Position numbers and translations under genes: made by a program. The notes under the pieces were generated by a model. That model saw nothing but the letters and a program-made list of their open reading frames with translations, did no database searches and was not told where the DNA came from. A DNA stretch of 63,181 nucleotides, filler included, from Reticulomyxa filosa (taxonomy: Eukaryota; Protista; Foraminifera): NCBI GenBank assembly GCA_000512085.1. It is 18 parts of 18 records of this genome, joined end to end, with 100 filler letters (N's around TTAATTAATTAA, not from the genome) between each part and the next. Parts side by side here need not be neighbours in the genome. Positions count along the whole stretch, not along the records: positions 1 to 9,486 come from ASPP01008228.1; positions 9,587 to 11,151 come from ASPP01049246.1; positions 11,252 to 18,357 come from ASPP01023609.1; 15 more parts are not named here. The stretch is one strand, 5' to 3'. Of the stretch, positions 1 through 14,200 are shown piece by piece; the stretch's first letter is position 1; each line of letters opens with the position of its first letter.

Positions 1-792
1 AATTATACAAAACGATTATATACTGAAATAATTTAATGTTGATTGAAAAGTTCGCAAATTTATTGTTTGCATATGTTGGCAAATTTTATTACTTTTTTTT
101 GTTATTTTGTTTTTTAACGCATTAAAAAAAAATTGATGTACATGAAAGAACACAAAATGTCAAATTAATATTAAATTTTTGGAAAATGAATTACTTTATG
201 CTGAATAATTTTTGAAAAATTACGAAAGATGCGGTCTTTTTTGGAAAATTTAATGTTTTATATCACTAATGGAAATTGCATGTTATAAGTAGCTATTTTT
301 TATAAAAAAAGAATTTTATATTAAATGATATTTTTGCTTTTCTCAAAGTGTGAGAAAAATGAAAGGGTAAGTTGATTCTGAATAAAATAAAACCTCAAAT
401 TTTGAACAAACACTTTTTTCTTTATAATTGTCGCGATACTACTTAAATTTTCAAATTCGATGCCATACTTTATTTGGCAATTATTATCATGACATCATTC
501 TATTTAACAGATGCAATAATTTACAAAATTAAAATTAAAAACACTATAAATCTGTGTGTACAAATCATAACACAACGAGCAAAGACCTGGAAAGGTTGCG
601 CTGAAATAGTTTTCAGTCCCTTGTGTTTTAGTTCAATTTGATTATCTCCAAGTCCTTTCACCCTCGACACAATTGTGTGGATTTGCAGGGTTCTTGCAAT
701 CAAAAAAGTAAAGGCAGTGGACATCTTTGTGAAAATTTTTTTGAAACAAAAGTATTTTAGTATTTTCGAAATTTCGTAGTTGAAAAGAAATC

Positions 793-2188
793 ATGGCAAG
801 ACAAGCAAAAAACCCCATTTCAAAGAAGAGAAAAGTTAGAAAGGACAATTTTTTCTTTTTTTTATTACCAAGTGAGGATAACCACTGCCGAACGATTTTT
901 TTGATTGTGAATAGTTTGTTAAAGACGGAATATTTTATGCCGAATTGAACGATTTTTTGAGCAAAGAATTAGGTGAATGCGGCTATGCCGGATGTGAGGT
1001 CCGTGTCACCCCAAAGGTCACTGAAGTCATTATTCGTGCTACCAAAACAATGGGTGTGGTCGGAGAAAAAGGCCAAAAAATTCGTGAACTCACAGCTTTA
1101 ATCACTAAACGATTCAATTTTAAAACAGGATCTCTCCAATTGGTTGCGGAAAAAGTTGTGTAATCCTTTGTTTTGTTGACCACAGTTTTAACGCATAGTT
1201 TTTTCTTCCATTTGCGAGATAATAAAAAGATTTGTGTCATAAATTAACAAATTTTGTAACAGGTAAAAAATCGTGGTTTATCATCACTTGCCCAAGCCGA
1301 GGCCGTACGTTATCGATTGATGGAAGGTTTGAGCGTTCGACGTGCTTGCTACAGTGTCCTTAAATTTATTAAAGAAAGAGGAGCTAAAGGTTGTGAGGTT
1401 GTGATCTCAGGAAAACTTAGGTGTGTTTTTTTTAAAAAAATCCATTAAGAAAAATCGCATAAAAAAATTTGTGTATGTGTCAAATGTATTCTTCAGAGGT
1501 CAAAGAGCCAAGTCAATGAAATTCCGTGAGGGTTACATGTTACACGCTGGTGATGCAGTGAATTATTACATTGACGAGGCAGTGAAACATTTGCATTTGA
1601 AACAGGGAGTGTTAGGAATTAAAGTCAAAATCATGTTGCCTTATGATCCATCCGGTAAAACAGGAGTACCAAGAGAATTGCCTGATGTGGTTGTTGTCCG
1701 TGATCCTAAGGAAGAACCTACGGGCCAATCGGTATGTTTTGACAAAGTATGTTTAAAATAAGAGTTACTAGCGCTACCTGACTTGTTTTCATGTGCAAAG
1801 GATCGAGCAGATCAAGCGGCCATTTTACAAGATGTCGTAAACGAATCTTTACGAAAAGAATATCCAAGAGATCAACAAGCTGATTCTGGTGCAGATTCTA
1901 GATATGGTCAATCCGAAAGAAGAGGTGGTTTTGGAGGAGGTTATCCAAGTTACGCGACTCCTTCAAATGGAGATTTTCTCAATTTTTTTGCTTTTAGACA
2001 TCGAACAATGCAATAGCCATTACGTGAAATGGATGTGTTACATAGGAGGAGGCAGATACCAACAACCCCCCCAAAACTATCAAGAATTTAGCCAAGGAGC
2101 AGGCCAACCAGCTCAAGGTGACCCTCAATTCCAACAAGAACAAGACCCATCCTATCAAGAACAAAGCGGCTTTCCTTCTTACCAATAA
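793..2188 (+). CDS. RPS3: 40S ribosomal protein S3 (uS3), 6 exons, with long low-complexity C-terminal extension
   Basis: Spliced translation [14 protein letters not shown]|[33 protein letters not shown]...|[19 protein letters not shown]...[14 protein letters not shown]|[18 protein letters not shown]...[18 protein letters not shown]. Exons ~793-834, 915-1154, 1263-1420, 1497-1731, 1801-~1939, 2046-2188 with GT-AG introns; the last donor is uncertain. Confidence 0.96.
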
Positions 2189-2760
2189 TTTCAATAAATG
2201 ATGATTTTTGGTGTGCTTGTAAGAAAGGAGAAACATAGTTGTTCAAAAGACTTAAGGCGTGTCAACAGCAAAATTCTCGTTGTGTTATTTGCAAGGTTGG
2301 CAATTTTTTTTGTTCAACCAAAAACTTGCTTAGTTGACACACTAACCTTTAAAAAACTGACCAGAACCTCTCAAAATTGCAAAACTTTAAATATTTCATA
2401 TTCTTTCAAAGCGCAATTTCGAACAAAAAATTTTCACACATTTTTGCGAATTATTGATTAGACTTAGGCTTACAAAAAATATAATAAATGTGACAATAAA
2501 TTAACGAAAATAAAATGCCACTTTGAACAGATTATCAACACTAACCGAGCACAAGTTAGTTGTTCATCGTTTGGCAACCGCAATAGCAAATTGTCCAAAC
2601 ATTTTCCCTTATTTTCTACCAAAAAAAAAATTTATAATAAATGTACTCTTGCATTCCCTCTTTCACAATCAAAACAAAAGAAGGGATGAGAAAAATTTAT
2701 GCGTTTATTCACCGCAAAATGAACAAACAAGATTCCAGAGTTGTGGTAAAGTTATAAATT

Positions 2761-3792
2761 TCATGATTCCAAATCGGATAATTGTTCTTCTTCATGTTCT
2801 TCTTCTTCTTCTTCCGCTTCTCCCTCATTGTCACCATCATTTACATCGTTTGCCTTATCTTTTCCTATCAATTTGTATTTATCGTTGCTATCACCAGCGC
2901 TTTCTTGAGTATCGTCATTTTCTTCATTTTCATCTTCTGGAATTGTCTGTTCAGAGAGTTTTGGTTTTAATTCACCATTTGATTTTTTGGTTTGAATTGT
3001 AGAATAAGCCAGCCCATTATTCATCAAAAAATCTGGTATATCGTGATATTCAGATTGGTGTTGTCCCTTGTTTATATTTTTGCTATTGTTGTTTGATGGT
3101 CAAAAAAAGAAAAGAAAAAGCAAACAGTTGTTAGGGTTGGTTCAGGTTTATTGCCAATCACAGAAATCCATTGTCCTTTAGGAATTTGGTCAGGTCGTCG
3201 CATAGGGGACGCATAATAAATATGCTTCCGTTCCATATCGCTAATAACCCAACAAGCGATGACATCACTCGGCCAACGAAACGACAATTTTTCATTGGAC
3301 TTCAATTGATTGTATACGTCGGCAACAGGAACATTACCATCAATTACGAACGGCTCTGCATCATCGAATTTTACCCATTTTTTGTCGTGCAAAAACCAGC
3401 GGTATTCTCCATTGCTTTTCGCATGTCCACTTCCGCTGACTTCTATTGATTCTATTTTCGAGTCCTTTTTTTTTGTTTATTTGTAAGTTGCTGTATCATG
3501 CAAAGTCTTGACCTTGCAAACAAAAAAAAAGAAAACATACCAGAAAATTTTCTTCATCCAATTGATCATTATTACTTTGCTTGTTGGCTTCACTAAAAAA
3601 TGTCTTTTGTTCCATTTTTTTGTTTTGAGCTTCAACATAGCTCTCTTCGCTTGAATCGCTTTTTCTTCTTTCATGCTTTAGTGGTGCATAAGACGCTTTG
3701 TCCTTTGCTGTTTCTTCTTTTATGGTGTGGTTTGAATTATCCGATGTCAGCAAGGCTGCATTTTTTTCCTTTTTTTCCTTTTTTTTTTCCAT
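2761..3792 (-). CDS. Hypothetical multi-exon protein with acidic termini and a central W/G/P-rich beta domain
   Basis: Three same-strand ORF pieces (3496-3792, ~3123-3475, 2761-3070) separated by T-rich introns. Central motif IEVSGSG..NGEYRW...CWVI...YY...P...W....G..PEP. Confidence 0.65.
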
Positions 3793-4585
3793 TGTTAGTC
3801 GTTGTTTGTTATATTACAAGTTATTTTTTTGTTTTGTGTTTTAACAGGCAAAAGGGTTCGTTCGTCGTCTCGAGGCATAACACCTCCACGACGGCAACAA
3901 AAAAAATTTCCCATTAATTTTCACTAAGTCGAAAAGAATTGTGTTTGCTTGTTTATTTATTTAAGTTGATATTATTATTTTTGATCACTTCTCATTTAAA
4001 AAGGGCGCAAACAAAGAAGAAAAGCCCGAGTGCAGTTTTCTAACCAAAGCAATAAAAAATAAACACCGCCAATTACTACAAGTTTAATTATTAAATGGCA
4101 AAATTTAATAAAAAATATATTTCTTTTTGTAATAAGATTAATTGAGAAACTAGTTGCATATTTATACATTCATTAAGTTCAAAATGAACTTTATTCCCTA
4201 GAAAAAATTGACCATATCTCTAAGAATCGCACTGGGTATCTCCAGCTTTTTTCTTGCTGTTGTAATGTTTTAAATATTTGAAGCGCAATTATTACAATTA
4301 ACGCCAAAAAAAGAGAATTAAGAAAAACAGTTTTTTGCAAGCACAACGACTTACACCTTATCTTGAGCGTTTCTATCAGAACTGTGGCCTATTTAGTAGT
4401 TTTGGATCTTGTTAAAAGATTATATTGTTTTTTATTAAAAGATTTTAATGTTTTCTCCTACAAACAGCATTGACAATGGATCCAAACATACAAAAGCTTG
4501 TCACAACTGCCTTTTTCAGTTTCTAACGACAGGGTCGTTTTCTTTTCTCTAAAAAATTTTTTGGAATACCATAATCCATCGCGAA

Positions 4586-5647
4586 ATGATTGCAACACCT
4601 TTAAGGCATTGGGCAAAAAAACAAAAGTCTGTGGGGACTTCGGCTTGCTCGCTGTTGAACGGGCTGAAGCATACAAGCATATCCAAACGAAGTTACGTGT
4701 TCAAAGGTGTATATCTATTCCCTGGCCCTGGAGAAATCGACTTGGACGACGGTGCCACGAAACCTGCCGGAGTTCCAGAAACGTGGACCACACTTGACAT
4801 TGGTTGGCCAAACAGTGACTTTGGTTACTTTGACGAGGACACATTTCCTCCAGCCAAAGTTATGTGATTGTATTATGTCTTTTTTGCAACCTTTTTTGTT
4901 TTCGGAGTTTTTTTTTTACGCAAAATCCAACGTTACATGAAATGTATGTATAATTTGGTTCAAAGTGGATCAATGAATGCACAAATCATGTGTAAATACA
5001 TAAACTAAAGGAAGGTGAGACACTTGAGGAGTACTGCCGTCGTGTTCCAAACATATGGAGTCCATGCAGCAAAAGTACAGATGTGGTCGACTGCATGGCA
5101 TACATGGACTTGTGGGCCGCAAATGACCCGGGGCCATCTGTTTTGGGCATGGCGGAAAGACCTCTGATTAAACAACCCCCATTTGTGTCTAATTGGCATG
5201 TTCAATATGTTCCTGACTACGAAGCAATGGTAAGCAGGATAAAGTGAAAGTGACACATGGGTATTGCATATATTGCAATGAAAAATTTTTATTATGTTGC
5301 CTTTGACGAAAGACTATAATTAAACGGCAAGGGGCAACAAAAAAAAAAGAATTTTCTTTTTTGTTCAGTTTGAGTTGTGTACCTTTGGAAAAAAAAAGTT
5401 ACGTGAAATGATGTTCCGTACCAGACCATTTCCAATCAAAGTGAAAGAAGACGAATTTAAAACCATGTTGGCAGAGTTTGAGCGTGGCATCAAGGAAAAA
5501 GGAATCGCTCATCACTTCAAAGCAAGATCGTTCCACGATTTTTGGGAAGAGTTGACTGGAAAACCATTGAAAGCAATTGCTGATGTTCCCACCTGGGAAG
5601 AAGAGATTGACAAGAGAATTGCTCAAGCAAAAGAAAACGCTAAATAA
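4586..5647 (+). CDS. Hypothetical protein with probable mitochondrial presequence, 3 exons
   Basis: Exons 4586-4858, 5011-5229 and ~5399-5647 join in frame through GT..AG. The N-terminus is basic, Ser/Thr-rich, has no acidic residues and ends KRSY. Confidence 0.7.
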
Positions 5648-6061
5648 AACCCAATAATTTCATGTTGCTGGTTATCTTTTTTTTTATGTGGGAAAAAAGG
5701 GAAACTATGATGCATCAAATTTATTCCACCCCTTATGTGTGATAGATTGAAGAAACTTTATGTCATCAATTTCTTCACTCCTTTTCTCTTTTGTTAATTT
5801 GAAAAAAAACAAAAGACATTCTTCGTAGACAGAAAAATAGTCTCCAGCTCTTTGTCAAGCGTAACCAGCGACTTGTTTTTGCAATAACTCTTACCTAAAA
5901 ATTGTTAAACATATATTTGCAACTCTGTACTGATGTAATACGTAATAACTCAGTGTACTTGTGCGATGAGCGGGTGTAAGTGTTGAACTTTTTTTCGTTT
6001 GCCTTGAACGTTCAGAATTCAAGGAGGAAAAAAAGGGAAACAGAAAAATTTGCAATCAATC

Positions 6062-6532
6062 ATGACACAAAAACCTTCTTCCGAAAAGGTATCTCTTCTT
6101 GCATCTTTGTTTTTACATTCTCTTGTGACGTGATAATTCTCCGTTGAATATGTTGATAAGCAGACACCTGACGGAATTCCCCAACGCGAAGAGTTTCAAA
6201 AATATCTGGAGAAAGCCGGGGTCATCGATCAATTAACACGCTTGCTGCTAAGTCTGTATGAAAATCCTGAGAAACCAGACAACGCATTGGAGTATATCAA
6301 GACATTCTTGGGTGCTAGCCCTGCAGATGGAGTTTAAAATACTTCAATAAAAATGAACTTTGTTAACCCCAAAAAACTTTTCAAAACGTTGTGTGTGATG
6401 TAGGACAACGAATTAAGTAAATTACAAGAACAAAATACTCAGCTACAAAAAGCATTACAAGAAAAAGAAAAGGAAATAGAGCTTCTGAAAGCCGAGATTA
6501 AACAATTGCAAAATTCTGCTGCAGCTAGCTAA
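6062..6532 (+). CDS. MYCBP: c-Myc-binding protein / AMY-1 (MYCBP) homolog, 3 exons; absent from the ORF track
   Basis: MTQKPSSEK|TPDGIPQREEFQKYLEKAGVIDQLTRLLLSLYENPEKPDNALEYIKTFLGASPADG|DNELSKLQEQNTQLQKAL... matches the MYCBP pattern KREEFRxYLEKxGVxDxLTKVLVxLYEEPEKP..ALxF. Exons 6062-6088, ~6164-6331, 6404-6532. Confidence 0.9.
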
Positions 6533-6879
6533 TTCTTAAGGGGAAAAAGAGGAAGATAAAAATACTATACGTTCACACTTACATTTTTTTTGTTATTTGT
6601 TGTCGGCCTCTTGTTCAGCATTATCGATATTTGGCCTTTTCCATTGATTGCAATTTGTCAGGAAGGCTTAGAAGGCAATAAGGCGACGCGTCAAAAAAGC
6701 TCTTCTTTCTTTTTTTGTGATCTTAAACGTATATAATTACTCCTCAACAAAAATCGTGCAAAACAATTACAATTAAAATTTTGAAAGTGGTTCTTTCAGA
6801 TCAGTCATTTTTTCGTTATTTTTATCGATCGGCATACTGTTATTTTAAATTAAAAATTTGGAAAGAGTAATACTTGGTT

Positions 6880-7330
6880 CATTCTTCTAATGGATACGGG
6901 AGCTGACAGTTGTTTGTGACATAGAATAAATGCAACAGTCAATATTTTACGACATGTCAGTTGACTTTCAACAACCAGCAACAGAGAGGCAGAGGATAAT
7001 CAATTTCTGTTTGTGATATGGTGATAAACAGTGACTTAGTGTAATTACGGCAACAAGTGCATAGTATTACGTATACATACGTAATAATATATGGAAACGT
7101 CTAACATAGTCTGGAATTTGTTTGTGAATTGTATTGTGTATCAGTATATATGAACAAAGAAATCGATAATGTGAAAATAGGTAATAAATAATTGCAACAA
7201 CAAAGGTTTGGAATTGATTATCAAAAATATATTTTAAATCGATATACTTAGTGAACAAATATTATATGGTCATTAAATTAAATATATGCAATTGCTTTGA
7301 TTTAAGGTTTTCATAACTTGCACAATATCA
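6880..7330 (-). pseudogene. Highly decayed WD40-repeat-like remnant
   Basis: Fragments such as IDLKYIFDNQF and FSHYRFLCS..IHNTIH resemble the WD40 family seen elsewhere in the window; many stops. Confidence 0.35.
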
Positions 7331-9486
7331 ACATCAATTACTAAATATTACATAATGAACAATATGATTATATTAATATGCAACATTAATATTTTGATAA
7401 AAAATTGCATGAATAAGATAATGATTTAAGTAATTATTAAAATATTTTATGTTTATATGACATTTTTGATAGTTACTGTCATTAAATTAACTATGAAATA
7501 AGATAATATTGTTCGAAAATGTAATTTAAAAATATACAATCTAAAAAAAGATCATACTAAAATGAATACATATAAATATTTATTTAAAATTCTTTTTTTA
7601 AATAATATATACACATCATGGAATACAAATGTATTTTGTTAATAAAAGTGTAGAAAATGTAGTGAATTGACTATTAACAATTTGATTTATTAGAAATCAC
7701 TATTGAATTTTGTAATTGTGTAAAGAAACCATTTAACATATGTTGATTAGCAAAAGCTTTGATTTAAAAAATTGATATCTTTGTTATATTTCAAACATTC
7801 TTCTAATAAAAAAAAGACAAAAAAATTGTAAATAAATAAAATTAAAATTTTATAAGTGAGCTAAAAATTTAGTCACACTAATAATCATTTTCAACTTTGG
7901 TAAAGAAGTTTTTTTAAATTGAACTGAAGTTGCCGCAGTTGGACATCTTTCAAGATAAAGGATTGAATTTTTATTTGATATTTGTTTGAAGAAATTTATT
8001 GGAAAAAAGGACCAACAAGTAGAGAAAAGGTCGTTAACATTGCAACATCATTTGGTTTTTAAACTTTTACAAAAAATTTTTGGTTTATATACATATAAAC
8101 TACATGTCATTTTTTTATTGATGTCGAGTAAAATTGATTTTCGAATATATAGTTTGGAAATTTCAGTACGAAGAAATGAAAATCATAAAAAAATATATAT
8201 CAAGTCAGTAGTCAATTGATGAAATCACAAAATTCAATATTAAAGATTTTTGTAAAAAATAGGAAAAAATTGGCAGCACAGACTAAAGTAAACACGTTTT
8301 TATCAGCTTGGGATAACAGTGTTTATGTACTTTCAAGGATTAGTGAATATAGATAATTTGAAGATGTATCAAACAATTCAATAAAATATATGAACCAAAT
8401 GAAGAAAAGATGATATATATTTCATTCTAGCTATATTCAAACAGAAACAAATACTAGAACAAAAAATACATAATCAAGAAGTAAACTAGGTTATTTTGAT
8501 GAAGAATGTTAATATTCTTGAAACAGAACAAGATATATTGTGAACACTTCATAAATGGTAGTGTGAATAAAGTATAAAGACTCAATATGTTACCAATTGT
8601 GAAAGTATATTTGTAAATACAAATGATTCAAAACGAGCATTAGAAGAACAGACAATTCAAGTTGGTTTCAATTTGTTTAAATATGAATACTTTGACAAGT
8701 TTCGGAATAGTTCAAGATCACATTTTCATCAATGTAGGAATTACTTTAGATTAAATTATATTGCAAAAGTACAAATATTGTGATAGAAACAATCATATTT
8801 TGGATAATTGTACAAAAAGAACACGAAAAGACAAATATGTATATTATGCAAAGGCAATCATGCAATACTTCGATTGTTTGTCACATCATTCAAAAAAAGG
8901 CAAAGTTAAACAACAAGAAGAAAGAACATAAAAGTATTCCTCAACATCCAATACAAAGACAAAATTGACAAAAAAATTAGACTGATATTAATGCACTTCG
9001 CTCGAAAGTAGAAAAAATTGTTACAATTGACACTGATTCATTCAAGCTGACAAATTTTCCAGTCAAATAAAACAAATGAAATAAAATTTGATTTTTTCCA
9101 AAACAACATCAACTACTTTTATTCAAAAGCACAATAACTGAAGCAAGTTTTCAAATACATTTCTTTCAAAAATGTTCTGTAAGATAAACGTCAGCACATT
9201 TGTAGCAATCGTAATTCCTTTTGCATTATAATAATCTGCGTTTCATCTTCTTGGATAAAATATTTCATCTCAAAATTCGTCAATAGATGTTCTTATCATA
9301 ACAGTGTTTTTAACATTTGAATATATTTTTAGATAGTTTATATATTGTACAGCAAATGATATTTATTTCATGTTGAAGCAAATTCGTAGCTAAAATTGTA
9401 CTAATTGAATACAAAATAAATATTTAACATTTCCTATATTGACTGTTGTGTTGATTTATATTGCTCTTCTATCAATTGAAAAAAAA

Positions 9487-9586
9487 NNNNNNNNNNNNNN
9501 NNNNNNNNNNNNNNNNNNNNNNNNNNNNNNTTAATTAATTAANNNNNNNNNNNNNNNNNNNNNNNNNNNNNNNNNNNNNNNNNNNN
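9487..9586. other. Artificial contig linker N44-TTAATTAATTAA-N44 (first of 17; others start near 11152, 18358, 19682, 22102, 25912, 28661, 31910, 33023, 37462, 39317, 40781, 42796, 45624, 48138, 51182, 54532)
   Basis: Identical 100-nt block with stop codons in all six frames, repeated between unrelated sequences. Confidence 0.99.
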
Positions 9587-11251
9587 GTAGAGATATTTCA
9601 TGAAGATCACTTGCATTCATTTTGTTCAAAACAAAAGAAAGAATAAAATGTTAAAATAAAGAATTTTAAAAAGTGTAGTTCATGTGCTTATTTTCGAACT
9701 TAGTACATTTTATATATTTTATGGTTTTTTTGTAAGCGCAACACTTTAATATGTACCTGAATATTAAAAAAAGCTTATGTAATGATAAAATATTTTAAAT
9801 AAAGGATTTGTTTATTGCAATATGTATAATTCAACAAAATTATTGCGTGCTTTCAGTTGACTTCTTACTTATGTTCATTTCATATAACAAATGGTACAAA
9901 TATGTATTAGTGACATGTAACAATTTAGTTGTTGCATTGTCTCAATAAGTTACTTTCCTCTTTTTGATATAGTGTTTGTGTTTGAATAATTATGTAGATG
10001 ATTAGCATAAATGGATAAACAATGAAAGCTATTTGTAGAAAAAATTGAACATTTCTATATGAATAATTTTACATATTATCATCACTTTCTTTGGGAAAAA
10101 AAGTATTCGGACATTGATAAAATATTATAAAGATAAAAAAAGCTTTGTGCGTATGTTGTGCTTTGCATTGTCAGCATTTTTTTGTTGGCTGGTATTATTG
10201 GTATCAGTTTACGTTATTTTCAAAAGCCTTTGATTCTTTGCAATATATATCTTTCTGAACGACTCCTTAAAGGTACACATTTTCGGCGATAATAATGTAA
10301 TGACAATTAAAAGAATTAATATCAATGATGTTTCATTTAAAAATCCGAAGATGAATAAATCTGTTTTCTTAGATAATGTATTGTGCTCTCTTTCTTTTTG
10401 CAATCAAATGTTATCATGTTGGAGCAGATTCATTGTTAACAATTGGAGTCGTCATTACTAATAATGCCATCTTTTACTCTTTGAATTAAAGCTAGAAAAT
10501 ACAATAATTTTGAAAAAATTCGATAACTATACAATTCTTTTTAAAAATTTGACATATGAGCTGCAATTGCAAGAATATGAAGATAAATGAAGTTATTGAC
10601 TTAATGGATTGCATGATGCTAAAAAAAGAATTGAAACAATTTATAAATCGAAAAACAGTAACCACAATAGTATTCAGATTCTCTTTGCCTTTTTCCATAC
10701 ATCTCTCTCTTTCTCCACACTGTTGTTCCTGCAACACTAAGACCTTTTGTGTCTCCCATTTTTATGCTGAAATGCCCACACAAGCTCCTTTAGTTTGTTG
10801 CTTCGTTGGGTTCTGTTTTGATTATCTATCCTTTGTTTGTTTATTTCTCGATTACAATGACATAAAGATATTTGCCAATCATTAGTCGTTTGACCAATGA
10901 TTTTAACTTTCACATCATTTATTTTCCTATCTTCTTATTTTTTATCTTTCTCTTTGATTGCAGGAGCTTGAGCATGACAGTTAATCAAATAAATTAATTC
11001 AAGCCCTGACAAAATTTTTCGTCGTATTATTTGTCAACACTCAAATTCAAAAATTAAACATTTCATCATCAATAAGACAATTAACTAAACTTCCAACTAC
11101 ACAATAATTTAAATAAATTAACACTACAAAAAAAAGATTTGATGTTTCATANNNNNNNNNNNNNNNNNNNNNNNNNNNNNNNNNNNNNNNNNNNNTTAAT
11201 TAATTAANNNNNNNNNNNNNNNNNNNNNNNNNNNNNNNNNNNNNNNNNNNN

Positions 11252-14200
11252 GCCAGTGACAAACGTGCCAGTGACAACTGAAATAAAAAAAAATCAAGCA
11301 AGCGAACCAGCAAAGGACAAGAAAGAAGCAAACTCAAATGCGTTGAGTGGACTGTCGGAAGAAGAAAGGAAAGAGCACGAATTGTGCCAATTGTTGCTTG
11401 ACTTGCTTGCAAAAAAGTATAACCACAAAGACTACAAAGTATTTGATGTCAGTCTTTATACCAATTCACCAAGTTCGTCCGAAATCATGTTACAATCTTT
11501 TTCCTCCGAAAAAAGTCATTCAGCCCAGAGATATCTCCATGTCACTGTTGACAAATGTTCAAAGACTATTGAAACACGTGTTTCGTACATTTTTTTTTTT
11601 ACTTATTTATTTAAAAAAATAAAAAGGGCATAGATTACATTTTATTCGTTTGCTTAAAAAAAAAAAAGGAAAATTTCATCTCCAATGCCACCATTGCCAG
11701 AGGTTGTTTATTGTGCAAAGAACAAATTAGTGAAACAAATACAACAAGAAGAAGAGATAGAATGGAAGAAGGCGCATCAAAAGCCAAGAGTGCAAGCAAC
11801 AGACGAGAAACAAATCGAAAAGAGAGAAGAGGAAAAAGTGGCCACGTCCGAACTCGATGAAAAGGAAGACGAAGACAGGAAAAAGGCAGCACAAAAGCTG
11901 ACACAAAATCTGTTTCGAGTAATGGACATTGAATGCAATGGAAATCTGAGTTGGACTGAATTTGAAAAAGGGATTGGTTTGATTGACTTGAATTGCGCAC
12001 AAATCTTCAAAGAGATTGAGGTCAAAAAAGTGTTGCTGCTGCAAAAGATCGATCTTCAAGCTGGTGACAAGCCAAAAACGCATTGGGCAATGAATTGCAA
12101 CGCAAAGTGTTGGAAAATCATTTGAAAAAGACACAAAAATCTCAAAACAATACCGAAAGTGTTGCTCCATTACCAGGACTGCCATTACCAGGACAACCAT
12201 TACCAAGATTAGCACCATTGCCAGGGCAGGCACCGTTAGCAAGTCAAGCGCCATTACCACCATTACCACCATTACCAGGACAAGCACCATTACCAGGACA
12301 AGCACCATTACCTGGACAGCACCATTACCTGGACAGGTACCATTGCCAGGACAAGCGCCATTGCCAGGACAAGCACCATTACCAGGACAAGCACCGTTAC
12401 CTGGACAAATACCATTACCTGGACAAGTACCATTACCTGGACAAGTACCATTACCAGTGCCATTAGGAGCCCCATTGCCTTCCTCACTTGTTCCTCCACC
12501 ATTGCCCTCTCAAATCGTTGGGAAACAGGCGGAAGAGCCACCCCCCAATCCACAAGAGATTGAAAAAAGGCGAATGACGGAATTGACAACGGAGTGGAGT
12601 AAATACCCAATCGACCCACGCGAGCAAATCAAATATCTGTTTTGCGGTATCGTGCACATCCCATACCCAAGACCAGTAACAGCAACAGCAACAGCAGCTC
12701 CCAGCAATGGCCAACAACAGGACCCAAATGCAGCAGCAAAAGCAAAAGAGCAGGAAGAGGCAGTGTTGAACCAAACTTTTATGACGCCACAGCATTTTGA
12801 GTCGTTTTTATTATCGAAGCAGTTGGATGACATTGCATTGAAGATGTTCCGCAATCGCTTGCGTACGCACTGGATATTGAAATCTATGCAAGACGGATTG
12901 TGGCAAGGCTGGTGGTCTGAAGGCGTTCCGACGACTACCGTGATCACGAATCTGACCAAGTACATATCGAAACTGGAGTCCCAATCACCCTTGTATTTTA
13001 CATTGGCCGGGCACGAATCTACGCACGTGGCGTTGAAAGAAAACCTGTTCATTGAACTTGATGTGGATCAATTGCTCGCCGAAAACACCAAAAAGCATGA
13101 AATCAACTGCGAGCTGCAGTTTTCTCACTGTCGCATCCGTGGATCGGGACGAGACACAGTCGGAGCCTTTTCCATTCAAGGCGGCTTCAAGCGAGAAAAG
13201 ACACAAACCACGACGAGTCCATTTGTCGTGTTCAGCGAAATAATCCGCAAAAAGAAAAAGAAACCCCAAAAATGGCTCGTCGCTGGCTATTCCGACAGCG
13301 CATTTTTGGAACAAATTGCAGCGGAACTGGAAGGAATCGATGCTCATTTCTTGGAATTCGAGTTTGACCAAATGTATCTGGGCAAATATAATGTCAAGTG
13401 CATCGGCGTCGTCGCATCCGATGGCTCGTTGATTGGGTGTCACCACAACGCATCGACGAACAATGGCGGGTTTTTTAAACTGAAACCACTGCCCGTTCTC
13501 AAAATCAGCTTTCTCAATTTGCGTGGACACGGACCGCTCCTGCTCAATCCCCACGTCAACTCCTACAGCTACACCGTGGAGCTGTCCAATTCCACTTTTG
13601 CGCAGATCTTTGAAACGTCCAGCTATCTCTTGTCCGTCGTGGCTCGATCTGCGTCCGCGGAAGAACAGAGGCGCGCCATCTACGGGCTGAAGGTCATTCT
13701 CAAAATGTTAAAGTATCACCTGGAAGCGTTTGAAGTTATGTACCAAGAGCAAGCGCTATGGCCCAAAGATAAGGAGTTGCAACAATGTGATCACATGACC
13801 GTTGAGCAAATGCATCAATGGGTCAAACAAGAAATTGAAAAAGTCGAGGCCAAAAAAAGAGAGGCCGAACAAAACCAATCAGCCGCATCTGGCTCTAGCT
13901 CTGTTCCTGTCTCTGAAAAGAAACAATCTCCTATCGTTTTATCGTTTCCACTCATGGACCAAGTTCGTTCGCTTTTATCCAAAATCATTTCGCTGGAGGT
14001 GTTGGAACTACCACAAGGCGATGAGAAAAATGTGGAGCAAGAAAATGAAGCCAAAGTCGATACCACGCAGACCGCGGCAAGTCTCAAATGGGAAGACACG
14101 TTTGGTGCAATTGAGTTGGTGTCCACAAGCGATAGTTATCAAGGCGCGTATGGAGTTGATGCGCTTCGCGAAGATGCAACCACCGTGTTGGTAGGTGCAT

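Noticed and set aside
1966-1976. Non-canonical GA splice donor in RPS3
   Set aside because: A canonical GT donor in the same phase exists upstream (~1940).
5920-6000. Possible C/D snoRNA in a GC-richer intergenic patch
   Set aside because: No proper RUGAUGA/CUGA pair with a terminal stem.
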